This document shows positions 1-12,604 of a stretch of 64,000 nt of DNA, in pieces (the stretch's first letter is position 1; the number at the start of each line of letters is the position of its first letter). The stretch is from Dicyema japonicum (Eukaryota; Animalia; Dicyemida). The notes beneath the pieces were generated by a model, which did no database searches, had not been told where the DNA came from, and saw only the letters and a list, made by a program, of their open reading frames with translations. The position numbers and the translations under genes were made by a program. The stretch covers positions 364,748-428,747 of the forward strand of contig RDEW01000045.1 in the NCBI GenBank assembly GCA_011109175.1, in the 5' to 3' direction.

Positions 1-410
1 GATAATAGTCGACAAAATTTGAGAACTTTTTCCAGTCGACATTTTTGTTGTCGGTAAATAAATCAGGTTGCTTTACAATTGACACTCTTCCTTCAAGCGT
101 AATCATAACGGGATTATGGTCACTGCTGGTCTCGTATAGCACCGTCCATTTTGTTAATGTTTCGATGTTTGGTGAGTAAAGAGTGAGATCGGGGGACGAT
201 GTCCTGTCATTCGATCTGTAGGGAGTCCTTGTATTGAATGTAGGGTTGTTTAATATTATCAGGTCATCCAGATTCGATAACAATTAGTTTCCTCTGACAT
301 CGCATGGTTGGTTCTTGAACCATGTCGGATGCTTCGCATTTAGGTCTCCACAAAGTAACATATTTTTTGATTTGTCGATTTCTGACAGGGAGAACCTGTT
401 AAAACTGAAA
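1..410 (-). mobile_element. Ingi/Jockey-like non-LTR retrotransposon, AP-endonuclease fragment (second copy about 13638-14075)
   Basis: Translation contains GDLNAKHPTW, LIILNNP..TRTP..SSPDLTL and SSDHNPV, which are APE endonuclease motifs. Confidence 0.8.
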
Positions 411-414
411 ACTT

Positions 415-800
415 AAGAGTATTCATCTCTGTGGCTTGCAAAAGGAAACAATTCTCCAAAGTCGAAAGCCTTATGTTTAGTCCAGGACAGAAATTTCTTT
501 TTGGAGGACTGAACACGATTTGCAGTTTGTGTAAAAAAATAAAAAAAACCGTCGATTACGCTACAAGATGTGGAAAAATGTTGCATGGAATTTACGTCAC
601 AAGGCATAATGAAGTCGTACGGTGCCTTCACTTCCATTTCTTGCAAAAAATACGGTCTCAAAAACCACTCAGTGAAAAAATTGTGATGAATGAATCGGTA
701 CAGATAAGAGTTGATACATTTATTAAAACCGAAATTGAACACAACAAACCTGATTTATTTATCTACGACATAAAGAAAAATCTATTTTCTAATTGTGTTC
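415..800 (+). mobile_element. R4/Dong-like non-LTR retrotransposon, zinc knuckle plus restriction-like endonuclease fragment (second copy about 14090-14460)
   Basis: CSLC..TVDYATRC, RHNEVV and HNKPDLFIYD motifs (CCHC, RHN and PD motifs of REL elements). Confidence 0.8.
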
Positions 801-1234
801 AATTTTTTATAGATGTGTGATAAAAAGTAAAACAACGAATGAATACTTAAAATTTGGAGTAATACTTTACGAGCACAAAAATAACTTCCTATGTGTCTTA
901 TGTGTAAGAAGGTACAAATGAAAGAATAAAGCCAATGTCATCATCTGAGAAACTTGATGCAGAAGTTATTTAGTTTCTAGTCTGAAATATAATTATGAAA
1001 ATCGTCTTATGATTAATCTTGAAAAAAGCATATTATTATTTTACAAAATATCGCAATTGATAGTAAAATCAAGAAAACCTCATGCTATTAGAAAGTCCTT
1101 AATATAAATGTCAAAGAAATATTGATGATTGTGATTCTGATCTAATAAGTTAATCAATTTTTATCACAATAGTTCTGTCTCCTCCAGAATTGATGAAATG
1201 CAAAAAAAAAGAAATTAAATTTTATGAACTAAAA

Positions 1235-1685
1235 TTAATGAGAGAATTGAATCTGCTTTCCTTCTTCTATTCTTTCAAAACAGAAACTCAGTTTTGATAA
1301 CGGCGTACGTAAGAGTTGCATAAGATGTTCATCAGTTAATTGGTTGCGATATTTGGTTTTGATCCGTGTGAGTCTGCTGAACAGAGTTTCACAAACATAC
1401 GTTGATCCAAATACAGACGAATTTTTATACGCATTCGTAACCATTAAAATTCTACTTAAAAATTGTAATATTTGATTTTTCTTAAATATTGTGGTTAGGC
1501 GACTGCATTTCAATGAGCTCCATTTGAAATTCGTCTGGAACGGTTGTAGGATCTATAGGAGTGAAAAATAATTTAATCATTGGCAAGTTATCCTTGAAAT
1601 TATTAAAAATTCTATCAAATTCTTCAATTAGATCGCGAATAACGTGAGTATATTTCTTAAGTATATTTAACACGCTTTTAGACAT
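1235..1685 (-). mobile_element. hAT (Charlie/Buster, GTF2IRD2-like) transposase C-terminal fragment (second copy 14921-15371)
   Basis: FGSTYVCETLFSRLTRIKTKYRNQLTDEHL matches the hAT dimerisation domain. It is preceded by FQMELIEMQ in a shifted frame. Confidence 0.8.
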
Positions 1686-1714
1686 TAAAAATAATATTAA
1701 TCTTTATTTAACAA

Positions 1715-3725
1715 ACAATAAAAAAGTTAATATATTTATTAATCAACAACCTTCCTCGCCTGCCTGTTCGCCAGCCTACTCAGGCAGGTTCGATTCTGGT
1801 TGCTGAAACAACTCCGAGAGCGCATTGTCAAATTGAACCCTCTGCCCATATTGCATCTCAGGGCTCTGCCTCCTATACTCCAGTGTCAGCTCTCTAGGGT
1901 CCGCTTTAACACAGTGGACTGTAGATAGGCTGGAGCTTCCTATCTACCCCCAACTGCTTCAGATAACCCTTGTGGTACTTTGTTGCAATTCCTTCCCACG
2001 TCATACTATAGGAATAACGAGGACCTTGCAACCAAGCATCTGCCCCATTCGTTTGCAAGAAAGTCATACTTCCTTTTTTTCTCCACCTCCACAGTCTGCA
2101 AACGGTCTTGAGACGTGATGCCAACTCTATGATAAGGACTTGGCCAGACTCCTTATCGTGTACCACAATGTCCGGTTTATTGTGCTTGACTAGCACCGAG
2201 GTACGGATAACACTGTCTACCTTAATTTGGACCCTGGTGTTCTCTACTACAGATTGCACCTTATGAGTCCGCAACTTTCTGGTGTGGCGAATACCATACT
2301 TATTGCATAGTAGAAGATGAAGACTCCTTACTACCTCGTTATGCCTCCACACATAGTCGTGGCAGAGCATGGATCCACATCGAGTGGCTAAATGATCAAC
2401 CGACATGCTCCTTGACTTACAGTGGGGACATGTATTTGTTGATCGACCCCAAAAAATATTGCGGTCTTGCATATACGTGTACAACGCCTCCGATCGAGGT
2501 GAGTTGTCACCGTATTTTAGCCATATTGTCGACGACTTAAGGTCGACATGTGGTTGTCCAGTGCTCTGAAAGGACCTTATGAAGGCTTTTTAAGTTGATC
2601 TTTTCCATCAAATTATTATATTGTAATTCGATCAACGCCTTCACATTTACTAGCCCACCATCATCAACACATACTTAGCAGACAAAAAAGGTCTGATAGT
2701 GCCTAGGTGGGTTGCCCGTGTTTTCTCGGTCGTTATTATGGCGTGCTTCCTAGCAGACACACTTGACCCAGCTATCAGGGTGTCGTGCATTCGCATTAGG
2801 ATACGCTCACTTAGTTGGACTACTCCACACAGTCCACGGCCGAATTTATCACGGGGTAAATATAGTCTCTCCTTATTGGCTGCCAGCACATGGACATGGT
2901 TCTCTCTGAGTACTCCACGGATCATAACATCCATCTCATCATACTCTTTGGGCTCAAACTCTACAACACCTATGTAGTAGTTTAGCAGCGAGACAGCATA
3001 CTCATTTAATGCTAGGAACAAATTCCTTGCATTTAGAGACGTCTTACATAATAACGCTGCTCTTTTACGAATGCCTTCAGTAATTTGTCGCTTTGTCTCA
3101 GGCATTATAAGGGACTTTGGAGTTTCGGTAACACCCAGATACTTATATCCTTCGTGTTCCTCTAGGACTCTTACTAACTCGCTACATACTTGCGTGTTAG
3201 TCGCAGACTTTGAATAATTCAAATCTAGTCCTATACTCTCAAAGAATTCCCTGGCACAGACCCCCATGGAGTAGAGCTCCTCGGCTGTTCGAGCATACAT
3301 CTTCAGGTCATCGATAAAAAGAAGGTGATTTGTACTGAAACAAACCCCTTCACAATGAACTGGTATTTGCTCAAACCGGTCATTGAGGCGGCGACTCAAT
3401 GGCTCCAAACAGAGAACAAAGAGTAGCGGAGACATGCTATCTCGCTGAAGGATCCCCCTCTTGAGTTTTACCTCGCCTATCCGGTGTCTATTATAGTTCA
3501 GATGAATACTCCACCTATTCATCACAGCCACTACAAAGCTGATGAACCACACAGGCATACACAGACTGTGTAGCACTCGACAAGGTAAGAATGATCAACT
3601 GAATCACATCCACCCACTTAGACAAAAGTGAGTTTCCGTGAGACACAGAAAGGCATTTGTTGATCAAAGCCTTCTCTTTTGCCCCTGACAATTTCGCACA
3701 GTACCCAACTGATTTTGACAGTGAT
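1715..3725 (-). mobile_element. R4/Dong-like non-LTR retrotransposon, 5'-truncated (RT + CCHC + REL endonuclease)
   Basis: RGILQxDSMSPLLFVL, NHLLFIDDLKMY, YKYLG, RLYLPRxxFGRGL, CPHC..DHLATRC, RHNEVV and KPDIVV motifs; several frameshifts. Confidence 0.9.
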
Positions 3726-4325
3726 GGATCACTCTCACTGCTTACGACATATGACTGTCTGTTTAAAATGAATACGCTGGGCTTACCTATCCATAATATT
3801 TGTCTATGAGATTTGCTTAGGACACTAATTCGTTCATCCGTATATGTTTGAATTTTTTCGTTTGGCATATTTGTCTATAAAGCTTCCACACAAGAAAAAA
3901 ATTTTCAGAACCAACAATGTCACTCATTGATCATTAATATGATATGCTCTCACACAAAACAAGCTAAGATTCTAGAAGTAACATTCAACACGCTCAAAAC
4001 CATGTGTCAAACTGTAATCAGTCCTTCGCCACTAAAGAGTGGAGGTGCTCGTCTCAAAATTAAAAGGATCCGTAAATTGGTCAATATACACGTTGCACAC
4101 TCAATTCTCCGAGCCAACTATAACTTATTGATGCTTGGGGAACATAAATTTCAGTACAAACATGGAAAAGATCAACTCCGTTCAATCCAGTATGAACAAC
4201 CAATTTCGAATCACATGACTATTAGATTTTCTTTTCTCATTCCCTTAATTTCACTAGGATTGGAATATAATTATTGAGGAGTCTCTAGTGCAACAAACCT
4301 TAAAAAATCTCAGTCGTTTGAGGAT

Positions 4326-5208
4326 GGGTCATCAGTCACTGGACTGGCATCTCATGGAAGTGACCTTGACATCGAACTGCAGTGCTCAAGAACCTGCAAG
4401 TTGCCGGAAACAAAAGATAAATTAAACCTTGAGGTCTCGACCATCGACTCTGAGAGTATCCATGGAAAGAGACAGATTCTCAGCAGAGTGGCCAATTTGA
4501 TACAGAATTCAGGGTTTTCCCGTACGTTGGAGATCCTAAATGCCAGAGTACCCATTATCCGCTTCAATTCTGATCTCTGTGGGATTTGCTGTGACCTCAG
4601 TGTAGGAAATTGGTAGTCAGTTGGCTTACTTTAGTGTGAGGAAGATAAATTTGTCTTCCCTTTTGCAGTTCTACTCTGTGATTGTCCCTGGATTCCCCAT
4701 CCTCGTGTGTACCCTGAGGAATTGGGCTAAGTTTAAAAAAGTCGTTGTCCCGTCTCCCTCTTTTAGTTTGACCAACTTTGGATTGACTCAATTGATTTTG
4801 TTTTATTTGATGATGGCACGTGGTGTTCCCCGTTGTCGAAGGTGATGGATTCAAACGGTCCTCTGGTTATGTTACTTGTAGATAATTTCATTTCTCCTAA
4901 AGAGTTTGTTGACTTGAAATTAGGTTGGTGGGTCATTTGAGACCTTAGGTGACACTCTCATGGGGTTTTTTGACTTTTACGCCAATTTTAACTTTAACAA
5001 GAAAAAGCTTGACTTGGTGACGGGGAGGGATGTCGCCTTTATCAGTGGGTACTCCGTTTTCTTGCAGCACCCATTAGAGACGGTTGAAACGAACGTTACT
5101 AGGAACGTAAAGGAATATCAGCTGGCCTTTTTCAAAAAGGCTTGCAGAACGGCTTACACTGATCTTCATAATAAATCTGGATCTCTTAATTTATTGTTCG
5201 CTAAATGA
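4326..5208 (+). CDS. Non-canonical poly(A) polymerase / terminal uridylyltransferase (MTPAP/TUT1-like), 5'-truncated, with tiny introns
   Basis: GSSVTGLASHGSDLDI nucleotidyltransferase signature, ARVPIIRF..CDLSVGN, TLRNWAK, LTNFGLTQLILFYL, and a PAP-associated region (FFDFYANFNF..LQHPLE..NVTRNV). A 22-nt intron at 4613-4634 joins the frames. No recognisable N-terminus upstream of GSS. Confidence 0.82.
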
Positions 5209-5744
5209 ATATGTTTTGAACTGTGAATTGTTTTTGATTTGTTTGGGGTTGGTTAGTTCTAATGGGAGTGCCGCATGACTGGGGGTTTGAACACACTTGC
5301 CTTCTCCAGTACAAATTGAGATTTATATTCATGTACTTTAGTAACATTTGTAGAAAAGAAAGGACTCTGTCATGGGTCTGAACGTCATCCAAAATTTGTG
5401 GATAACAACACTTTAAGAAACAAAGTTTCAAAAGGCAAGGGAATATTTCAAATATTACTACACTTGGATATCAAGATCACTCATCAAGGTATGGTTACTA
5501 ATATTGGTGGCAAAAATGATGTTGTGTAATACTTCAATAGTGGTCGTAATACAATAGAGTGTTTTCAAAATTGAGAAGTGAGCTACATCAATCCGAGAAA
5601 TTTTAACATTATTGCGAGAATCTGTCACATTTAACATCTAGGCTAGAATTGATCACATTTATCCGCCATGTGACCACGTCGCTTCATATATTGTATATTT
5701 TGACAGTTATCGCTAACTTGTGTATTTTGCAAATGTTTGAGAAT

Positions 5745-6850
5745 CTTACAAATGTAAATAGACAATGGAAAAATATCGATTTGACGTCCTTATATTACAA
5801 GAATCCAAACTCAGAAGTGCGAACACAACTCCAAAATTTCCTGGATACTCAGTTATCCACAGAGATAGATGTGGAAACTTGGGGTAGGCTTACTACTATC
5901 ATACGAAACGGGATCCCTTTGAAGATATCACCAAATACGTCTACAACCGCCTCCATAACCATGAAAGTATCCAAATTCTGGCCACAAAAATCCAACTCCC
6001 AAGAAGTATTTTACTTTGATCAATTCACATCTACCTCCTTCATCATCAGTTACTTGCCCGAAACTTTCGTCAATCAGCTCACTAAGAAACGTTCTTCTTT
6101 GCGTTACCTAATTACAAAACACCCGCTCTGGCTGAGAAGTCAGACGTCAAACATGCGGGGAGACATGCTAATCGAAGACTTTGGAACCTTTTGCATCCTA
6201 AACGACCCTAACTTTCACACAAGAACCCTCTCAAGACAAAATGATTCACAATCTCAATAAATATGAATATTATTCCGGATGTCTGAAAGAGATCTTACAT
6301 CAAACCAATCTTGAAGTCTGGAAAATCCGAAAATGACCCTTTTTCCAACAGACCAACCTCGATCCTATGTTCACTTTCCCGAATACTCGAAAGATTAGTT
6401 CTTGAAAATATTAAAAAATAATCCTCCTCTCTCCTTTCCAACATGGATTCCGGGCTAAACACTCCACTGCAACATGCCTAACGTCCTGTGCCAGTTCATT
6501 GCGAAGGGATTCAATTCCTCTAAACCACACCAACGTACAGTCTTGGTCTCTGTTGATATAACAAAGGCTTTCGACACAGTCTCAAGAAACTCCTTACTGA
6601 GAAAATTTACGATATATGCATCCACCCAAACATAAAACTATAGATTACCAACTTCTTAAATGGGAGACGTGGACAAGTGATTTGCAACAACATAAAGTCA
6701 AAATCGCGTCTCATACCAAACGGAGTTCCTAAAGGATCCCCACTATCGCCAGCCTTTTTCAATCTCTACATAAACGACATGCCACAAACCTGTAATGAAA
6801 ACTGCCTAATTTTCTTCTATGCCGACGATATCATTCTTGCCTCCAAGGAC
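5745..6850 (+). mobile_element. Ingi/Jockey-like non-LTR retrotransposon, degenerate APE and RT fragments
   Basis: ILQES, HPLW and ILNDP (APE) followed by QHGFRAKHST, VDITKAFDTV, GVPKGSPLSP and YADD (RT); many frameshifts. Confidence 0.8.
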
Positions 6851-7010
6851 TAAAGCATTTAATCCAATAGAAAATATGTTTTCAAAAGTTAACAAAAGTA
6901 AAGGATCTAAAACCTACTAATGAGAAATTATTTTATTTGCAATTGAAGGGGATCTCCAAACAATTAGAAGTGTTTACTGTGAATTTTTTTTTCATGAAAT
7001 CAGTAAATCA

Positions 7011-7127
7011 ATTCATTATTTTTTTAAATTATTGTTTTGGTTCCTTTTTTTGAAAATTTCTCGGATATCAAATTTATTATTTTATTAAATTACGGTTTTG
7101 GTTATTTTTTTGAAAATTTCTCGGATT
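7011..7127. repeat. Imperfect tandem duplication, about 59-nt unit x2
   Basis: ttttggtt..ttttttgaaaatttctcggat occurs twice about 59 nt apart. Confidence 0.75.
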
Positions 7128-7971
7128 CCCATAGTGATGTGAAGGTGTTATCACTTGGACTTGAAAACTCTGTATATCAGTGACAAAATAGTTCCAAAAA
7201 CCAAGATAAAGTTTTCTCCAAATCGATGTCGGACTGTACCTCGATAATCATTTAAACTCTATTTTTGAAAAAAACACAGTTCATTTTTTTTAATATTTGA
7301 TTTTTGAAAAAAAAGAAAAAAGTCTTTTAGTTAAGAGACCAGGATCGCAAAGGCATTCCATCTGATTACCAGTCAAATGAAGAGAAATGCGTCCTTTTCT
7401 CTCTCACGTTCTTATATTAAGAATTGACCACATTTAGCAAATATTGTGTTTAGGAAACCAAACCATCCCAATAGTAATACCAATTCACCCTTTATGTTTG
7501 TTCTGGTTGGACTTGTATGACATTGGAAAACTCAGTTTCTTTGACAGTGTGAAGGTGTATGGGTTAATAATAATATTGAGATGGTAGCATATGTTAGCTG
7601 GGGTCACTAATGGATGTAACCTCTGTTCTGCTTCTTCATGTGCGGTTGGTGAGATATCCAATATCGTCGTATAAAATATTCTCTTTCTTGGAACTCGTCT
7701 GACACCAAATTTAAAAAGTAACAGTCAATCTTGTCGGAGAACAAGAGATTTAAGTAAACGCTGATACATGATGGAAAGGTTTCTTGTCCTTCTCTATTTC
7801 TTTGTTAGAATAGATTCATTGATCCAGTAAATAAAAGAGTGTAGCTTTTCCTAGAGTACGAAATCTTTACATAATGTTTTAAAACTCAGTTTTGGAATGA
7901 TCATCATTAAATCACAAAGAATCTTTAGATATGCCAGCTATTTAGGATAACTTGGATAACTGATAACTAGG

Positions 7972-8142
7972 GCAATTTAAGTGCTAAAATGCTATTTTTA
8001 TTTTTTATACTTTTTTAAATATACAATTGAATTTGGAATAATTATTTTTTAATTTTGTTAAAAAAAACATACATTATAAATGCTATAAGTGCTATTTTTA
8101 ATTTTAAATGCTAATTTTTGTTTAAATGCTAATTTAAATTGC
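7972..8142. mobile_element. Possible DNA-transposon end or MITE with short inverted ends and internal (A)ATGCTA repeats
   Basis: gcaatttaa at the left end and ttaaattgc at the right end; repeated aatgcta/agtgcta units inside. Confidence 0.35.
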
Positions 8143-8152
8143 AGTTAATAAT

Positions 8153-8455
8153 GTGTTTACGGATTCCGAAATTCGCGGAGCACTCCTTCGGCTGAATAAC
8201 AACAGAGCAGCTGGCTATGACAATATTTGTATGGAGTTGTTAAAATACGCACCAACCCAGCTAGCAGGAAAGATAACTTTCATATTCAACGAGATATTCA
8301 GGACTCATTGTTCAATTGACATCGTGATGGGAGTTCTACTTCCTTTACAAAAACCTGGCAAACCTGCAGGTCTAATTGAAAATTTCAAACCGATCGTGCT
8401 TTTGACCACTTTGCGAAAAACATTGTCGATATCAACATTGAATCGAATATTAAAT
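8153..8455 (+). mobile_element. RTE-like RT N-terminal fragment
   Basis: RAAGYDNICMELLKY..PLQKPGKP..NFKPIVLLTTLRK is homologous to the element at 19777-20340. Confidence 0.8.
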
Positions 8456-9488
8456 TCAGATTATCAGTGATAACATTCAATAGAAGAAGGTCACCGAACC
8501 ACTAAAAATAAGTATTATAATTGGTTTATAAGAAATTAACTTGTAAGTTCAAAATAACTCTGAAATATTTTTTAGAGATGAAATATCTTCAAGCATCAAA
8601 TAAGTGGGTTGTATAAGTTGTAATATATACTCGCAGAAATTGATATTACAGTAAACTTTCCAAAATTTTCCATTTTTAGTTCCAGCAATTATTTGCGGCA
8701 AATTTGGGAATTGGCAAATTTCAGAATTTAATCAATAATTAGTTGTTGGGAAACTTCTCGTCGATGAAAATAACTAAATAGGAATAGGATGTGACGATCT
8801 TTCCGAGCATTGTTAGGGACCACTAAGATCAAGAATTTAATATTTTCAAATCGGTTCAGACACCTGGAGCAGCTGCTTCGACTGCGGAGAACCTAAAAAT
8901 CAAGAAATATTTTTGCCTCGGGGATCGCTACTCCACAGAGCCATACTCACATGCGGCAGCGAAATACTCCACATCCGGTCTATGGTCTGTCAGCAAAGTT
9001 CGTCAAAATTATTAAATGTTCTTTGGATGAGCACGTAAAAAATTAGTTTCTGGAGGTCCATTGTGTGTTTGCTCAGTATGGGTCGTGAACTCATCAGATA
9101 CCCTCGAAATTTAAAAGAGCTCGTCACGATGCTCAACAGAGCCAATGAAGATTTTTACATTGCATAAAAGCTTGTTGATTTGATTTCGTTGCTGATAGTG
9201 AGAAGCATTGTCTGAGCTTTTCAATCCACGATAATTTCCAAAACTATTTTGTCTGAGAAGACTTCTTGCTATGGATCCTTTTTCGGTTTATAGAAATTAA
9301 CCTTAATGTCTAGTTGTCTCACAAAGGTCTTTAAACTCGTCATAGCACAATAATTTACGAATAGGGCGTATATGAGAGTGATTGTTAAAATCTCTTGACT
9401 TTTGACAACCGTGAGTGACTCTATCGGAATCCCCTTACTTTTCGAATGATAGGGCTGTGATTACTAGGTGGAGCATTGTCTCTGACTG

Positions 9489-9690
9489 AATCTTGGTGGC
9501 ATAGTGGTTAGGTGTCGGGCTAAAATGACTTTGGTTACGGGTTCGATTCTCGCTGCTGTTCACCTGGTGGAAGGTTCCACTCATCTACGATGCTAAAAGG
9601 GTTTGACGAGTGACGCCGTCATCAGTGGATACTCACTGCGGAACTGGATTGTCTAGAAAGGACCACACACATGAAAAAGAAAAAAAGAAG
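9489..9690 (+). mobile_element. tRNA-derived SINE-like element, copy 1
   Basis: A box TGGCATAGTGG and B box GGTTCGATTCT. The body is shared with 63712-63892, and the element ends in an A-rich tail. Confidence 0.7.
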
Positions 9691-9779
9691 TGAAGATCAT
9701 TCCTTGGTTCTACGATTAGTTAAAATTAACTGTTCTTTATAAAGTGTGTGTCCAGGCTATGCAGAGCTATAAATATTAT

Positions 9780-10330
9780 GGCTCTCGTGAAAAGGCTGTT
9801 ATTACTATTATTATGGCTGTGATCGGTGGAAAATTATAATTTAATTTCATGAAGATTGTTTCGCAAACGAGAAAGAACATAAGGATAAATCTGGAGATGT
9901 GCAGATGTAGTTGCTTCTTAATGAGTTTCTTGTTGACTTTTGGGTCATTCAAGAAAACAAGATTATCGACAGTACTTCAGATGAGTTTCCTGCCTTAGCA
10001 ATGGGGGAGAAGAGGTTTCTAGGATGGCCGTTTATGCAAATCATTTTTTTGAGTTTCGTTCTATTGGAAATGGATATGCAGAAAGGCCAGAATGCTGCAG
10101 GTTTTGGAAACTGGTTACAGATTATAACTGAGTATTTTCGCGATGAGCGGAACACGGAATAGAACAGACATGTTAAACACTCGGCCTGCACAAAGGATTG
10201 TTATCCAGTCGACAAAAGTCTCTTGGAGTTATTGTCAAGAGTTCCGGAATGATTTAATGATTTCTCATCATTTGAATGCTAATTTTCATGATTATCGATA
10301 CTTTTCATTTCTGATGTTGTGGAACTATTA
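9780..10330 (-). mobile_element. Ingi/Jockey-like APE endonuclease fragment (related small piece at about 12360-12455)
   Basis: Degenerate LVFLNDP..TSPDLSL..SDHSH motifs on the minus strand; the block cagtacttcagatgagtttcc is shared with 12433. Confidence 0.6.
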
Positions 10331-10479
10331 GAAATGACTCTGATTCTACACTCTGGGAAATACCTCTAGATAGGAAAAGAGGACCCTCAGGACAAAAGAG
10401 TGGAAATAATAATCTTTAAAAAATGATTACATAATAGAGCAGGATAATGTCAATAATAATAGAATATCGCCATCAGACA

Positions 10480-10930
10480 TTTGAGTTTCCTCAGACCACT
10501 TGCAATAACAATCTTCACCTGATGACAGAACTATAAAACTGGGTCAATTGTCACTCCAAAAATCCTCGATGGGCGTTTCAGAAGATTTAAATGAGTAAGC
10601 GGATCTTCCACAATACCAACATGCGTTATAAACAACACGTCACATAGATAGGGCGGTAAGATGTCGTCAAGTCTGCTGGTTTTTCCGCTTTTATGACAAG
10701 TACATTGAATTTTTCCACTTGTTCTGAATAGAGTTTGTATTGATTATCAAAAATGGCGTTTGAGAAGATAAAAGAAATATCATAGGAAACACTGTTATCC
10801 CAAATACATTTCTAATCATCTCTGACGATAATACTCTAAATCAAGAGGTGCATTTGGTCTGTCCTGTGGCAGGCAATGCGTATGAAACCTCGAGAAGTCC
10901 TTATGACTAACTCTGGCGTAGTAGGACATT
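10480..10930 (-). mobile_element. Degenerate non-LTR RT fragment
   Basis: KAEKPADLTTSYRPIYVTCCL on the minus strand (RT N-terminal YRPI motif). Confidence 0.55.
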
Positions 10931-11429
10931 AGGCTATTAACTTGTTTCAGTTTTATAAAATTGAAAATGCGTTACAAATATAGGCAGTGGACCTTCTTAG
11001 CACAGAAGACAATATCAATTCCAATGTTATTTTTATTCGTTCCTCTTTTATTATGGCCGTAAATTTTCCGTCAAGTTTTTTGAGAGAGTTCATATCCGTC
11101 ATGATTTGGCGGGTTTCGTAGTCAAAGGAGCCCGTATGGCAAAATGAGGCCATCCGACCATCAATCGAAATAAGAATGAAATTTATTTTTATTTTATTAT
11201 TTATAATTATCAGAATTTAAATATTAGATAATGTTTTATTAATTACCACGTTGTTTACGTGGTGTACGTGAGACCTATGATGACATGCCATGCTAATACT
11301 GATTATAATGAGTAGATACCTAATTCTGAGGTCTTATCCTACAATTTTACTAACATTCGTTTCCTCTATTTCTGATAATTTATTTCAAAAAGTGCTATTG
11401 ATCTTTATTTTTACATGTACTAAGGGTAG

Positions 11430-12270
11430 CTAAGACAAACAATGTTTTTGAGAAATCGTATACTCTTCTAACGGAGATTGCACAGAGATTCCTATTCGGT
11501 ATTAATCTCTATAAAAGTATAAGTTATCTTGTAGCACGTTGTGGAGAGGGACATACAATTGCGAAAATCTTATAGAGCCATGTTCTAAAAAGATCATCCG
11601 TACAGAAGTAAGATGGTTGTCACGTGGAAAGGTATTGGAACGTTTGTTCAAATTACGAAACGAATTTATTGTGTTTCTTAAGATACGAAATTTTCCAACG
11701 TATTTAAGTTATTTCTTATAAATTAGCCGCGTGGCGCCATGTGGTGTTGCGTGGTTAATTGATTGAAATTTCTGCTCGCTAGTCTGTTCCTCACATTAGA
11801 GTGGCGTCATGTGATCAACCTGTCTAGGTGACGCCTTACCTTTTATGCTGATTCCGGATGGACTCTGTTTCTGTAGAAATGAAAACTGGATACTGATAAA
11901 TAAATTTTCCAATTTACAAAAATTTGGAAAACAATCTTTGGTTATAAATAATTGCATATTTAGTTTTAAATTATGATAAACTATAAATTTACATTATCGC
12001 ACAAGGAAAATATCAAACTGTTTGTATTTTGAACGATAATGGTCTTAAAACTTAAAATCGAATTTTGGTGGTCATCCGTAAAATAACATTACATGCTTTG
12101 CTTTCTGCAAGAGTATCTTGATGAATCAAAATACGCATTGGACGATACAGTACTTCAGGCCAACAAAGATCATTTGGTAATTTTGGATGTTAACATTGCG
12201 AAATATTTTCCGGATAAATTTGATTACGATGGGAAAAAGTTAAAATCAATTGAATATGAACATCTTATGA
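11430..12270 (+). mobile_element. hAT (Buster/ZBED5/SCAND3-like) transposase remnant, interrupted near 11720-11900
   Basis: TEVRWLSRGKVLERLFKLRNE is the characteristic Buster-family motif. Confidence 0.75.
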
Positions 12271-12541
12271 TTTAACGTCAAATCAGATATATAGGAGATT
12301 TCAAGTATGGTTGAAACCTAGTATGGTTAACTGAGGATTAACCTGTATTATAAGGTTTATGCGGTGGAACATAATCCAGTAAGGGCACTGGTGATTCGTG
12401 TTCACTTTCATTAAGGAAAACTGGATCATCGTCAGTACTTCAGATGAGTTTCCCACTCTAAAAAATTTATTTTATAGAATTTTATTAATAACTCATTTAT
12501 GTAAATTAGCTCGTAAACGAATACTTTTTTTAAAAATGCAA

Positions 12542-12604
12542 TAATGCGATTCTTGAAACTGATAACTTTTTCACTAATGCGATTCTTGAAACTGATAACT
12601 TTTC
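12542..12604. repeat. Tandem duplication, 33-nt period x2
   Basis: taatgcgattcttgaaactgataactttt occurs at 12542 and 12575. Confidence 0.9.

Larger units (their letters stand above)
1..4328. repeat. Segmental duplication, copy A (matches 13664-18008; may extend left of the window)
   Basis: Sequence from gataatagtcgacaaaa (1) to ...gtttgaggatggg (4328) recurs colinearly at 13664-18008. Differences are mostly small indels plus scattered substitutions. The ORF track shows duplicated peptides (e.g. 1235-1513 vs 14921-15199). Confidence 0.97.

Noticed and set aside
9489-9560. Functional tRNA gene (also 63712-63780)
   Set aside because: A and B boxes are present, but the acceptor and anticodon stems do not pair properly. 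Both copies continue into a shared body and A-rich tail, as expected for a SINE.
11750-11780. Spliced-leader RNA gene (ggttaattg resembles the start of nematode SL)
   Set aside because: The match is too short, and no donor site plus Sm-binding site arrangement could be supported.
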